A DNA stretch of 64,000 bases, taken from the IMG/VR virus record IMGVR_UViG_3300005253_000144, positions 38,175-102,174 of that record. One strand, given 5' to 3'. Below, one piece after another: positions 31,202 through 39,119 of the stretch (its first letter is position 1; each line of letters opens with the position of its first letter). Made by a program: the position numbers and the translations under genes. The notes under the pieces are model-generated. The model searched no databases. It saw nothing but the letters and a program-made list of their open reading frames with translations, and had not been told where the DNA came from. The stretch comes from a virus.

Positions 31202-32605
31202 TCATTGGTAAATCCGTCCCCAAGCTTCGTCCAGCTTTTTGGCACTCCATATATTGGGGACATATTCAATGAGCGGCGCATCATGGTAGCTGCTGATGGC
31301 GGCTGTGCCTTCAACCGCATCCAAGTACATTGAAAATCTACCCTCGCCTTCAACGACTAAAATATCTGGTATCTCGGCCGCGTCAAGCACATCCTTATAC
31401 TGCTCCACAAAAGCGGTATCTACTGAAAGCCTTCCAGCACTCAGCAATATTTTTGGGGTTATATCCTGTTCCTTTTCCTCAAAGTCTGCCCCACGCCCAA
31501 CGTTTTTGAATCCGAGTAGCGTGAGTGGCAAGCCATGTTCTTTACATTCTTCGATTACATAAGAAATCTTATCACTATAATGTGCGCCCACAACAAAATG
31601 GGCAACACCGCGCAGACCAAAGGCATCGTTAAGACCGGCTATATTTTTAACATCGTAGTGATTGTCAAGAGAGAGCGCATATGAACCTGCATATTCTCTT
31701 ACAGCTCGCAGGACTTCATGGCTCCATTTATCGGGCCGGATAAAGGTCGTGAAATTTGGGATGATGTCCAATTCTCTCGCCCTTTTAAGGATGGCCGGGA
31801 AATCTGGATGCAGCGTTGGCTCCCCGCCGCCAATGGCAATTTCAAACACGCCGCGCGCAGATAAGACTTCTAAATATGTTTCGATAGTTTCATAATCGGC
31901 ATGGTTGCCAGCAATGGTGCTGTCTTGATAACAGAAAGCACAATTGGCCGGGCAATAGTTGGTTATCTTCAGGTCAACCAATTCCGGAGTCGCCGAGCGT
32001 AGCAATTCATTCGGCTTTTTATCAAAGGATAACCTTAACTTCGCCCCGGTTACTTGATTAAACAATGTCCACCAATGGCCTGATTTCTTGGCAAGATAAT
32101 TACTGCCATCGACCTCTCCCAGCATTCTTAGTTCCCAATCGATGGTATCCCTGGTCTTATGCTCTCCCCATTCATCCGGGTCATCGCCATTATCATTGCC
32201 GCCCAATACCATAATATCTGGGCGTTGGAGATAATCGCGGAAGTCTTTAATAAATGCGGTTGAAAGGCGTTTTGTATATGCATCGCGCGGGAAGCCTAGG
32301 TGAGATTGATGGTCAACATATGCGCCTTCAATTTCTTCAACTTCCATTTTTTTCCCTACCAATTCAGATATGATAACTGCGGCAAGGTCTTCGCCCATTT
32401 CCTTTACGATGGCTTGATAGACTTGGGCTATGAAATAATCCATTTTGGGTCCTGGGTCAGAAAGCACAAAACATTCCCATCCAAATTCATATCCCATATG
32501 TCCAGGATTAGTGGGCAGGGCAGCTTTCCCCTTTGGCAATATAATGATTGAATGGCTGCTAGATGAATTTGTTGCTAAACCGAGTCTAATATTTGCAAGT
32601 TGCAT
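31202..32605 (-). CDS. Radical SAM protein with N-terminal TNSSSSHS domain
   Basis: CPANCAFC cluster motif, GGGEPTLHP; N-terminal RLGLATNSSSSHS. Confidence 0.88.
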   Translation of the reverse strand: MQLANIRLGLATNSSSSHSIIILPKGKAALPTNPGHMGYEFGWECFVLSDPGPKMDYFIAQVYQAIVKEMGEDLAAVIISELVGKKMEVEEIEGAYVDHQSHLGFPRDAYTKRLSTAFIKDFRDYLQRPDIMVLGGNDNGDDPDEWGEHKTRDTIDWELRMLGEVDGSNYLAKKSGHWWTLFNQVTGAKLRLSFDKKPNELLRSATPELVDLKITNYCPANCAFCYQDSTIAGNHADYETIETYLEVLSARGVFEIAIGGGEPTLHPDFPAILKRARELDIIPNFTTFIRPDKWSHEVLRAVREYAGSYALSLDNHYDVKNIAGLNDAFGLRGVAHFVVGAHYSDKISYVIEECKEHGLPLTLLGFKNVGRGADFEEKEQDITPKILLSAGRLSVDTAFVEQYKDVLDAAEIPDILVVEGEGRFSMYLDAVEGTAAISSYHDAPLIEYVPNIWSAKKLDEAWGRIYQ

Positions 32606-32609
32606 AGTT

Positions 32610-32936
32610 TCACCTCATTTGTAGGATTGTCCAGATTGCGATTAAATGGAATGCTTGGTCATCCATTTGTTGAGCATATAGCTTTTCCTCATCATTGCCA
32701 ATTAAACGACTCCACCAATAGCCTAGCCGGAAGCCATCGATAATTGCATGGCTAATCGCAATGAAAAGAATTTGTGCGAGAGAAAATCCCAAGACCACAA
32801 ATGGTAATGATGTAATCAAAACGTGTAGTATTAGGATATAAAATTCCTTCTGTTTTCGTTTCCTCAAATAGGCCGTATTAAATAGCCAGTCCCCAATTAT
32901 GTGTGCGATTAATGCCTTTGAAAACATTGCTTCCAT
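32610..32936 (-). CDS. DUF3307-like membrane protein
   Basis: AHIIGDW, H...SHAIID, DQAFH; start trimmed because the longer ORF runs through tRNA-Asn. Confidence 0.75.
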   Translation of the reverse strand: MEAMFSKALIAHIIGDWLFNTAYLRKRKQKEFYILILHVLITSLPFVVLGFSLAQILFIAISHAIIDGFRLGYWWSRLIGNDEEKLYAQQMDDQAFHLIAIWTILQMR

Positions 32937-32938
32937 AG

Positions 32939-33011
32939 CTGCCACGGAAGGATTTGAACCTTCAACCTCGCGATTAACAGTCGCACGCTCCACCAATTGA
33001 GCTACATGGCA
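32939..33011 (-). tRNA. tRNA-Asn (GUU)
   Basis: Full cloverleaf TGCCATG...CTGTTAA...GGTTCAAATCC...CGTGGCA-G; G73; CCA not encoded. Confidence 0.95.
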
Positions 33012-33012
33012 A

Positions 33013-33180
33013 TGGTGACAGACCGCGACCTCGATTACGGCCAGCACCTCACGAGACGGAGTACGCTACTTTTGAGACCTGTGCTGAATGGCCGCTTCCA
33101 ACACATGGTAGCAATTCCACTGGCGGCCGGGACAGTATAGGAATCTCACTTAAGCCTCACTGGTTTTCCGGCGGCCTGTC
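33013..33180 (-). ncRNA. 168-nt tRNA-like RNA ending in ACCA
   Basis: Terminal stem GACAGGCCGC/GCGGTCTGTC + ACCA; internal arms GGCCGC/GCGGCC and CAGCAC/GTGCTG; exactly fills the tRNA-Met to tRNA-Asn gap. Confidence 0.75.
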
Positions 33181-33182
33181 AA

Positions 33183-33258
33183 TAGCGGAGGCGGGAATCG
33201 AACCCGCGTAGGTCCAGGTTATGAGCCTGGCAAGCAAGCCAACATGCTCAACTCCGCG
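33183..33258 (-). tRNA. tRNA-Met (CAU), initiator-like
   Basis: Cloverleaf with CTCATAA loop, C1xU72 mismatch and A11-U24; anticodon stem CCAGG/CCTGG has only two of the three initiator G-C pairs. Confidence 0.9.
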
Positions 33259-33259
33259 A

Positions 33260-33330
33260 TGTTGAGAGGGCAAGCACATAGGGGTTATGTAAAAATAAAA
33301 ATACTATGTGCCCATTCGTTGGCCCTCTCA
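33260..33330 (-). ncRNA. Small rod-like RNA between tRNA-Pro and tRNA-Met (Y-RNA-like stem)
   Basis: TGAGAGGGC/GCCCTCTCA and GCACATAG/CTATGTGC helices, asymmetric bulge, U-rich apical loop. Confidence 0.55.
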
Positions 33331-33331
33331 G

Positions 33332-33405
33332 TCAGGATGGTAGGATTTGAACCTACGCCCTCCTGGTCCCAAACCAGGCGTTCCACCGGACTGAACTACA
33401 CCCTG
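33332..33405 (-). tRNA. tRNA-Pro (UGG)
   Basis: CAGGGTG...TTTGGGA...GGTTCAAATCC...CATCCTG-A cloverleaf; C1-G72, A73. Confidence 0.95.
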
Positions 33406-33429
33406 AATGTTAGACAAAAGATAGTCTTT

Positions 33430-33696
33430 TTAATTCTCTAGCGAAAGACGGATAATGTACAACTCTTCCTTCATATTCTTTACCTCTTTAACCTGCCTCG
33501 CAATTTTGCCAGCCAAGGGACATAGCTCTGATATAGGCTCTTTTTCACTCCCAGAGGTCGTCGAGGTTAGCTGTATGGATATTGCGTTTTCCAACCGTGT
33601 ACGCAATTCATCAATTGCTGGACGTAACTCAGCCAGTGCATCCTCTAAATATGAAATCTGAGCCGTTACTTGTGATTCTTGTACTGCTTCGTTCAT
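33430..33696 (-). CDS. Small coiled-coil protein inside the RNA cluster
   Basis: 88-aa ORF with AAGGA RBS and heptad pattern. Confidence 0.65.
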   Translation of the reverse strand: MNEAVQESQVTAQISYLEDALAELRPAIDELRTRLENAISIQLTSTTSGSEKEPISELCPLAGKIARQVKEVKNMKEELYIIRLSLEN

Positions 33697-33725
33697 TTTG
33701 ATATCCTTTCAAATAAATTTCGTTT

Positions 33726-33872
33726 AGATACTCAGATGGTGGCGGCAGCCAGGCCTCGCACGGTTTCAACCTGGGTCACTTTCAACATTCGTCTGCCGGC
33801 TATCCTCCCGTGCTCTGGGAGTCTTGATTACTCGTAACGCTTTAGTCGCCTTCCGCCACCACTTGAATATCC
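33726..33872 (-). ncRNA. Structured RNA with tRNA-like 3' end (CCGCC-ACCA)
   Basis: Outer stem GGATATTCA/TGAGTATCT (two G-U pairs on minus strand), inner TGGTGGCGG/CCGCCACCA, CCAGG/CCTGG arm before the acceptor-like strand. Confidence 0.6.
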
Positions 33873-33878
33873 TTCTTA

Positions 33879-34105
33879 TTGGATGCTCACTATGGGCGAG
33901 GAAGGGCTGACACCTATCGCCTTCGCCCATCCTCTCATTCTCTCTGGGCGTTATCCCGCTCTAATCAGGAAAACTTACGTATGCTTTACCGATTGCAGTT
34001 CAAACCCCTGCAACTAGGTAAACAGCCTTGATAGGATTTCCGTTACTAAGGGGCCTCTGTCAGACTAGAGCAACACGCCACTATATGCCCATAGTGAGCA
34101 TCCAA
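33879..34105 (-). ncRNA. 227-nt structured RNA closed by a perfect 19-bp stem
   Basis: ttggatgctcactatgggc (33879-33897) / gcccatagtgagcatccaa (34087-34105); inner helices GCTCTAGTC/GATTAGAGC, TTTACC/GGTAAA, TTGCAG/CTGCAA. Confidence 0.7.
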
Positions 34106-34124
34106 ATGTTAATGTTCTGGGGAG

Positions 34125-34197
34125 ATTGAATATCCAGGAAAGCGGTGGGATGAAATGTTGGCCGCATCCCATCCCGCCGCCGTCTCGGACATTCAAT
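34125..34197 (-). ncRNA. Small structured RNA/hairpin
   Basis: ATTGAATGTCC/GGATATTCAAT 11-bp stem (G-U only on minus strand), inner TGGGATG/CATCCCA. Confidence 0.55.
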
Positions 34198-34201
34198 TTG
34201 T

Positions 34202-34256
34202 GAGGGGGAAGGCCAGCTAACAAAGATTGTAAGTCTAATGCTTAGCCTTCCCCCTC
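34202..34256. ncRNA. 12-bp GC-rich hairpin with structured loop
   Basis: gagggggaaggc/gccttccccctc perfect inverted repeat. Confidence 0.5.
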
Positions 34257-34294
34257 TGTTGTAAACAAGGGCTTCCCTGCCCTTGCATACTGTG

Positions 34295-34456
34295 CGGGTA
34301 TTGTGATTAACGATTGCGCCAATTTCTATACCGATGCTCTATCGACTGAGCTACGGACCCCAATATAAACAAACCATTCTTGATTTGCTTATGGAGGGTC
34401 CAGTGGGACTCAAACCCACGACCTTCGGTTCTCATTGCTGTCGTTTATCACACCCG
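34295..34456 (-). ncRNA. Circularly permuted tRNA-like RNA (YrlA/Y-RNA-type architecture)
   Basis: tRNA 3' half with CCA (34429-34392) precedes a 31-nt hairpin linker and then the 5' half (34360-34330); acceptor GGGTCCG/TGGACCC; anticodon arm replaced by a long terminal duplex. Confidence 0.85.
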
Positions 34457-34519
34457 TGGGTGCTGACGCTATTGGAGTAATACGCTTATCTGATTCTTAA
34501 GCGGAGGCTCACAATAACG

Positions 34520-35275
34520 TTACTCCTTAATTTCTCGGGTCTCGATATAGGCAAACAGCTTTGCGGCCATGCCGATGCTATCAGGTTTTGTTTCGATGTC
34601 ATTGGCACGCTGCCGCGCCTTTTTGACTTCATATAACAAATTGTCAAGGCGCCCCAATCGGTCCCGCTTGTCCACAATGGTTATCATACCGGATTGGCTG
34701 ACGGTTTCCCATTCGCCAACTTTGGCATCCTCGTTGTAGGGTTGTACCTGCGCCGGATGTTCAAGCGTGGCCTCATACAAGACATGGGTTTTCATTTGTT
34801 TCTTCATTCGGTTGGTAATAACCGGGTCAGAAACATAGATACCCTTTTGCTCATCGAAATCCCATTTTTGACCGGGAGGAAGCGTGGGGATGGCTTCATA
34901 AACCCTGCGTAATTCTGCCAGCTTCCCTTCCAGATTCAGCAATGCTGTGGCTGGCAATTCTCCAAGCAGTGGCGTGCCATCAATTAATATCGTGTCCCTA
35001 GCTTCGGTATTGGCAATTTCTTTACCAACCGATACGTCAATCCAGGCACCGACTTGCTCAAAGACGCGCGCCAACTCTGCCTCTACCGTAGTAGCAAGTT
35101 CAGTGTGCTCTTCCGGGTAAGTATCCTCTCCCTCAACAATCAACTGATATTTGCGGAACTGCCCCAAGAAATGGGCTTGTCCCGCATCAAATAATCCCCG
35201 GACCTCATTGATTATTGCTGTCGCCTTACCTCGCAAATCCGGTTCAACCGCTAATAGTTCGTACAACTTTGTCAT
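34520..35275 (-). CDS. Helical 251-aa protein of unknown function embedded in the ncRNA operon
   Basis: AAGGAG RBS; MTKLYELLAVE start, LPATALLNLE, YEATLEHPAQV, VKKARQRAN motifs; I recognise the style as a widespread uncharacterised family but cannot confirm a name. Confidence 0.85.
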   Translation of the reverse strand: MTKLYELLAVEPDLRGKATAIINEVRGLFDAGQAHFLGQFRKYQLIVEGEDTYPEEHTELATTVEAELARVFEQVGAWIDVSVGKEIANTEARDTILIDGTPLLGELPATALLNLEGKLAELRRVYEAIPTLPPGQKWDFDEQKGIYVSDPVITNRMKKQMKTHVLYEATLEHPAQVQPYNEDAKVGEWETVSQSGMITIVDKRDRLGRLDNLLYEVKKARQRANDIETKPDSIGMAAKLFAYIETREIKE

Positions 35276-35295
35276 GCTGAAACTCCTTTCGTTAA

Positions 35296-35400
35296 TTGGG
35301 TGCTCAACTGGTGGCGTGTCGGTTTCTCACCGACGGCAACGCGCTGTTGATATTCACCAATCCGCTATATGCTTTCCGCCGCCACCACCTCAATATCCAA
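35296..35400 (-). ncRNA. Leader RNA with T-arm-like hairpin and CGCC-ACCA end; related to 33726..33872
   Basis: TGGTGGCG/CGCCACCA stem; GTCGG-TGAGAAA-CCGAC 5-bp stem/7-nt loop; sits between the promoter and the ORF RBS. Confidence 0.6.
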
Positions 35401-35411
35401 AGTGAATGACA

Positions 35412-35440
35412 AATATATCACTTACGCTATATATAGTCAA
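35412..35440 (-). promoter_or_regulatory. sigma70-type promoter with TATAGC box heading the ncRNA/tRNA operon
   Basis: TTGACT-ATATATAGCGTAAGTGA (17 nt)-TATATT. Confidence 0.75.
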
Positions 35441-35976
35441 CCCTGATTATCATTAAATATCAACCCCATCCCTATATCTCTATAATTTTCAATAGGATAT
35501 CCGAGGTCTGTTAGCACCCCTGTAAAATAAGCCAACGTATTTGGGTGACAGTAATTCCAGCGGTCGATATTTTTCTTAAGCCATATGCTCATATCCCAGC
35601 CCCCGGTATACTCCCTTGATGCGCCAAGTAAGTCAGCCACCCATTCGCGCACATAGGCTTCCGGCATTGGGACTGCCCCATGTGCCCACTCAAATATCCC
35701 TACGGTAGTCCAGTATTCGGGATGATGCTTATTGTTTTTTTGGTGGTGCATCCATGCTTTGATAAACGCGTCAGGATATTTTTTTCTGCCACCGGGCAAT
35801 TTATAGTTTTTAGCATAATTCACAAATTCGACCGGCATGAACTTTGTCCAATCATGAATCAGTAACCGCCAGAAAGTTATACCCCCAACTATTTTCCATC
35901 CGGCCCAAAACACAAACGCCTTATGCCGGACAGTGCTTAATAAATATTGAATTATTGCTTTTGATATTTCCATCAT
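35437..35976 (-). CDS. HD-like metal-binding protein (DUF5662-like)
   Basis: RHKAFV, LIHDWTKF, AWMHHQKNNKHHPEYW, EWVAD. Confidence 0.75.
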   Translation of the reverse strand: MMEISKAIIQYLLSTVRHKAFVFWAGWKIVGGITFWRLLIHDWTKFMPVEFVNYAKNYKLPGGRKKYPDAFIKAWMHHQKNNKHHPEYWTTVGIFEWAHGAVPMPEAYVREWVADLLGASREYTGGWDMSIWLKKNIDRWNYCHPNTLAYFTGVLTDLGYPIENYRDIGMGLIFNDNQG

Positions 35977-36337
35977 GAGATATTCGCAGCCCTGCACCTT
36001 TCTATCCACTCAATCTTCGCAGCCATTAAATCATTCGGGCGTATGCTTGAGTCGCTACTTGCATTCATGACTTCCAGCCCTTCAATTAATAAGGTGGAGC
36101 GTTGCAGGCATTCTGCATTTGAATATTCTAACGCATGGCCGCAATCATCCGCGTGACCTTCATCTTTTGGGAAGCCGCAGGATGTACAGGCAATGACATA
36201 CCCATCATTTTCTTCAGTTAGTTCATAGCCATAGTTGCGCAATTCTTCCTGTAAAATCTTTGTCTTTGCCAACGCCGCCCTGTACCTTTGTAGCTTGTCT
36301 TCGTTTTCGCTCATTGGTTGCCTCGCTTTCTCACTCA

Positions 36338-36604
36338 TCACTTGTCCTCTATTGTACATGGCATTGTTTCAGGGTCAACCTTTATTATATTGAATACGGT
36401 CCCATCATGAAACGATATTGTTCCTGGCGATTTCCCATGCCCACAACAACAGCCGCCAGTATAAAGTCCCGCATCATTTAATGCCTTTATATATGGCGCA
36501 AGACACTTATCAATCCCTTTTACAGCCCACCGGAATTTTCCTGTGTAACTGCACCTTGCCGGGATAGGTACATTCAAAACAACGTTATCGCCCCAGTCAC
36601 ACAT
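36338..36604 (-). CDS. Small Cys-rich phage protein
   Basis: IDKCLAPYIKALNDAG..T..CCCGHG motif. Confidence 0.6.
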   Translation of the reverse strand: MCDWGDNVVLNVPIPARCSYTGKFRWAVKGIDKCLAPYIKALNDAGLYTGGCCCGHGKSPGTISFHDGTVFNIIKVDPETMPCTIEDK

Positions 36605-38675
36605 CTTCTTTCCTTTGGAGGGCGTTTTCTACCCAATGCGTTACTTCATTACTTGGCATTGCCTCATTACACATGTCGGCTAAATGAAATCACCCCGTAC
36701 CTTCAACGTTTTCTCCATCAGCATCCAATCCAAAGTCGTATACGGCCATCCAAAGCATTGCATTATCTAGTAAAACAAAATAGAATGTGGGTTTATGCCT
36801 TGGCAACTCTTTCTCTACGTCTTTCCAAAGCCACGCCCCATCCAACTCCGCTATGCGCCCCTGTGCCTCTTTTAGCTTTTTATTCCTGTCCACTTTGTCA
36901 TTATGCCATTTCAATCCTTGGCTTTTTAGCCTACTCTGCACCTTTGCTAATTCTATCTTATTGTCTACAGCAGCCGCGATTACGCTATCTCTAACTCTCC
37001 GCGCCTCTTCTAGCTCATTTTTATCAATTTCGTAGTCATTCTTCCATTCTACAAACCGCTCCAATGATTCTGCCCACCCTTTCTGCGCCTCTGCTAGTTG
37101 CTCATGTAATTTAAATGCCTTTCCTTGCCAATAAGTTCTATCTGTGCCTACCCCAGCTAGTTGCTCCCGTAGTTTGGCGTTTTCTTTGCGCAGTTCATCA
37201 ATTATTACTTCTTTATTAGTTCTGTCATCAGCCATCACTCACCGCCTTTAGCCACTATCGTTGCTTTTTGCCTTGCCTGTCCCCCTCACGGCATTTTTGA
37301 ACTCCCTCATCCTGTCAATCAATGGCGGTACTGTTTCCGCACCGCCCGCCAATTCCCCTCGCTGAATCGCCTCCACAATCTCCACCCCCTCCGCTATCTG
37401 CTTTTCTAACATAAGACTTTTGGTAAAATAGTGAGTTGACCAATCTTTTGCTTTTATAAGCTGCCCTTCTACTTCGGCTATCCCCACGGCTTGGGTGTCC
37501 ACTAGATCAAGAAGTTTGTTTCCAATTTCTAGCAGGGTCGATTCGGCCTCGCTTTCAACCCTAAGCAACTTGTTCATTGCCTCTAGCTCGTCGCGTATCT
37601 CTTCCAACCGCTTATTCATTGCGCGCCTCCAGCATTTCTTTTAGTCTATCCGATGCCCAACGAACTAGCTCTTTTGAACTAATGGGGACTGCTCCAAGTT
37701 TTATCGCTTTCTCATACAAATCCGCTACGACATCAATATGTTCAATTCCGGTATGGTGAACTGGCAAATCTAACTTCTTGCTAAATTCGATCAGTTCGAG
37801 TATATCGTCCGCAACCAGGAATGCGGTAGGAGTTCTGGCAAATGTATCAACTGGGGCAATATATTTACTCATCGTCTATTTTTTAATAGGGGTTTTCTAT
37901 CTTTAGATCTCCGTCCATCCACGCGTGTTCTTCTGCTTCGCTTTCTAATATTACTCCATCTCTTTTCGCCTTCCTTTTACACTTCTCGCAATAAACAACA
38001 TGGCTAACGGTATTTGCAAACCCGCCTTCGTCCCAGTCAATATCCTTTGTGGCTATCGCACACGAGATATTAGCAAATCCATTAATATCAAATTCTTCGG
38101 AAACATCATGCCCACAAGTCCCAATCATACTACCCATCGTCTGCTGCCTCGCTTTCATTCCATCTAGCAACGCACTCCTCACAATATCCCCGCTCACCTA
38201 TCGGGCTTAATCCCCAATAGTAGCACGCACTACACGAACGCGGATCATCAATAACATGTGCAATACCAGCCGCCAATTTGTCTTTGTCCGCTTCTTCAAA
38301 AAGCCAATCCTTATCCCGAAGCCACCTTACAGCACCGTCAATATATTCATCTACAATCATAAGGTGCCCTGTCCCCCAGCCCTCCCTACCGGCTTCCCGT
38401 GCAGTATTCGCGAATACCAGTATAGCCCCTTCTTCTGATCCCCCACTGCGGGAATAATACATATAGGCTCTCATCACTCCTCCCGCTTGTGGCCGTCACA
38501 GACCATGTAGCCGGTTCTGGCTATCCACATAAGACTATTTTCCCTATCCCTTTGGCAATATACTTTGTCATTGTATCGCTTATCTTTCCCCAGAATAGCA
38601 GAAGAGCCGTGGGCGCAATTTACACAACACTTTGCTTCTCTATAGTCTATTGGTTTTTTTAATTTCCTGCTCATA

Positions 38676-38915
38676 TCACTTGTCCTCCTCAATTCTTACA
38701 CCAGCAAACAACATGCTCATATTCTTTCCGTAAATATCAACCAGCTTTTGGCACGTTCTCAATGACGGCAAAGTCCTGTCCCGCTCAATGTCACTCAGAA
38801 ACGAAACGGATAAGCCAGTTCTTACCGCGGCTGCCCGTAACGTGGTTGTGTGCTTCTGCTTCCTCCACATTCTCAGCCGTTTGCCTACAGTCGTATAACT
38901 GGTTACACTCATCAC
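38676..38915 (-). CDS. XRE-family HTH regulator
   Basis: VGKRLRMWR...LSVSFLSDIERDRTLPSL. Confidence 0.85.
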   Translation of the reverse strand: MMSVTSYTTVGKRLRMWRKQKHTTTLRAAAVRTGLSVSFLSDIERDRTLPSLRTCQKLVDIYGKNMSMLFAGVRIEEDK

Positions 38916-39119
38916 TTGTCCTCTGGGGATGCCTCGTGCATTATCTTCAGTGCTTCCGGCATTTCTGGTAAATATCTTGGCCTCATGTCACCAACCATCA
39001 ATGCCAACTGTGAGTGCATCTTACACAGATACTTCAATCCAAGCAATGGATTTTCACATTCGCATTCTGCCATTATTCCATAGGGCTTACATTCATCATG
39101 GTCACACGGCACAGTTTCT

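Noticed and set aside
32937-33047. N-terminal extension of ORF 32610..33047
   Set aside because: It runs through tRNA-Asn; the real start is at 32936 or 32927
35375-35395. Canonical T-box riboswitch
   Set aside because: GGTGGTGGCG only loosely resembles the T-box consensus, and there is no Stem I/specifier loop or terminator
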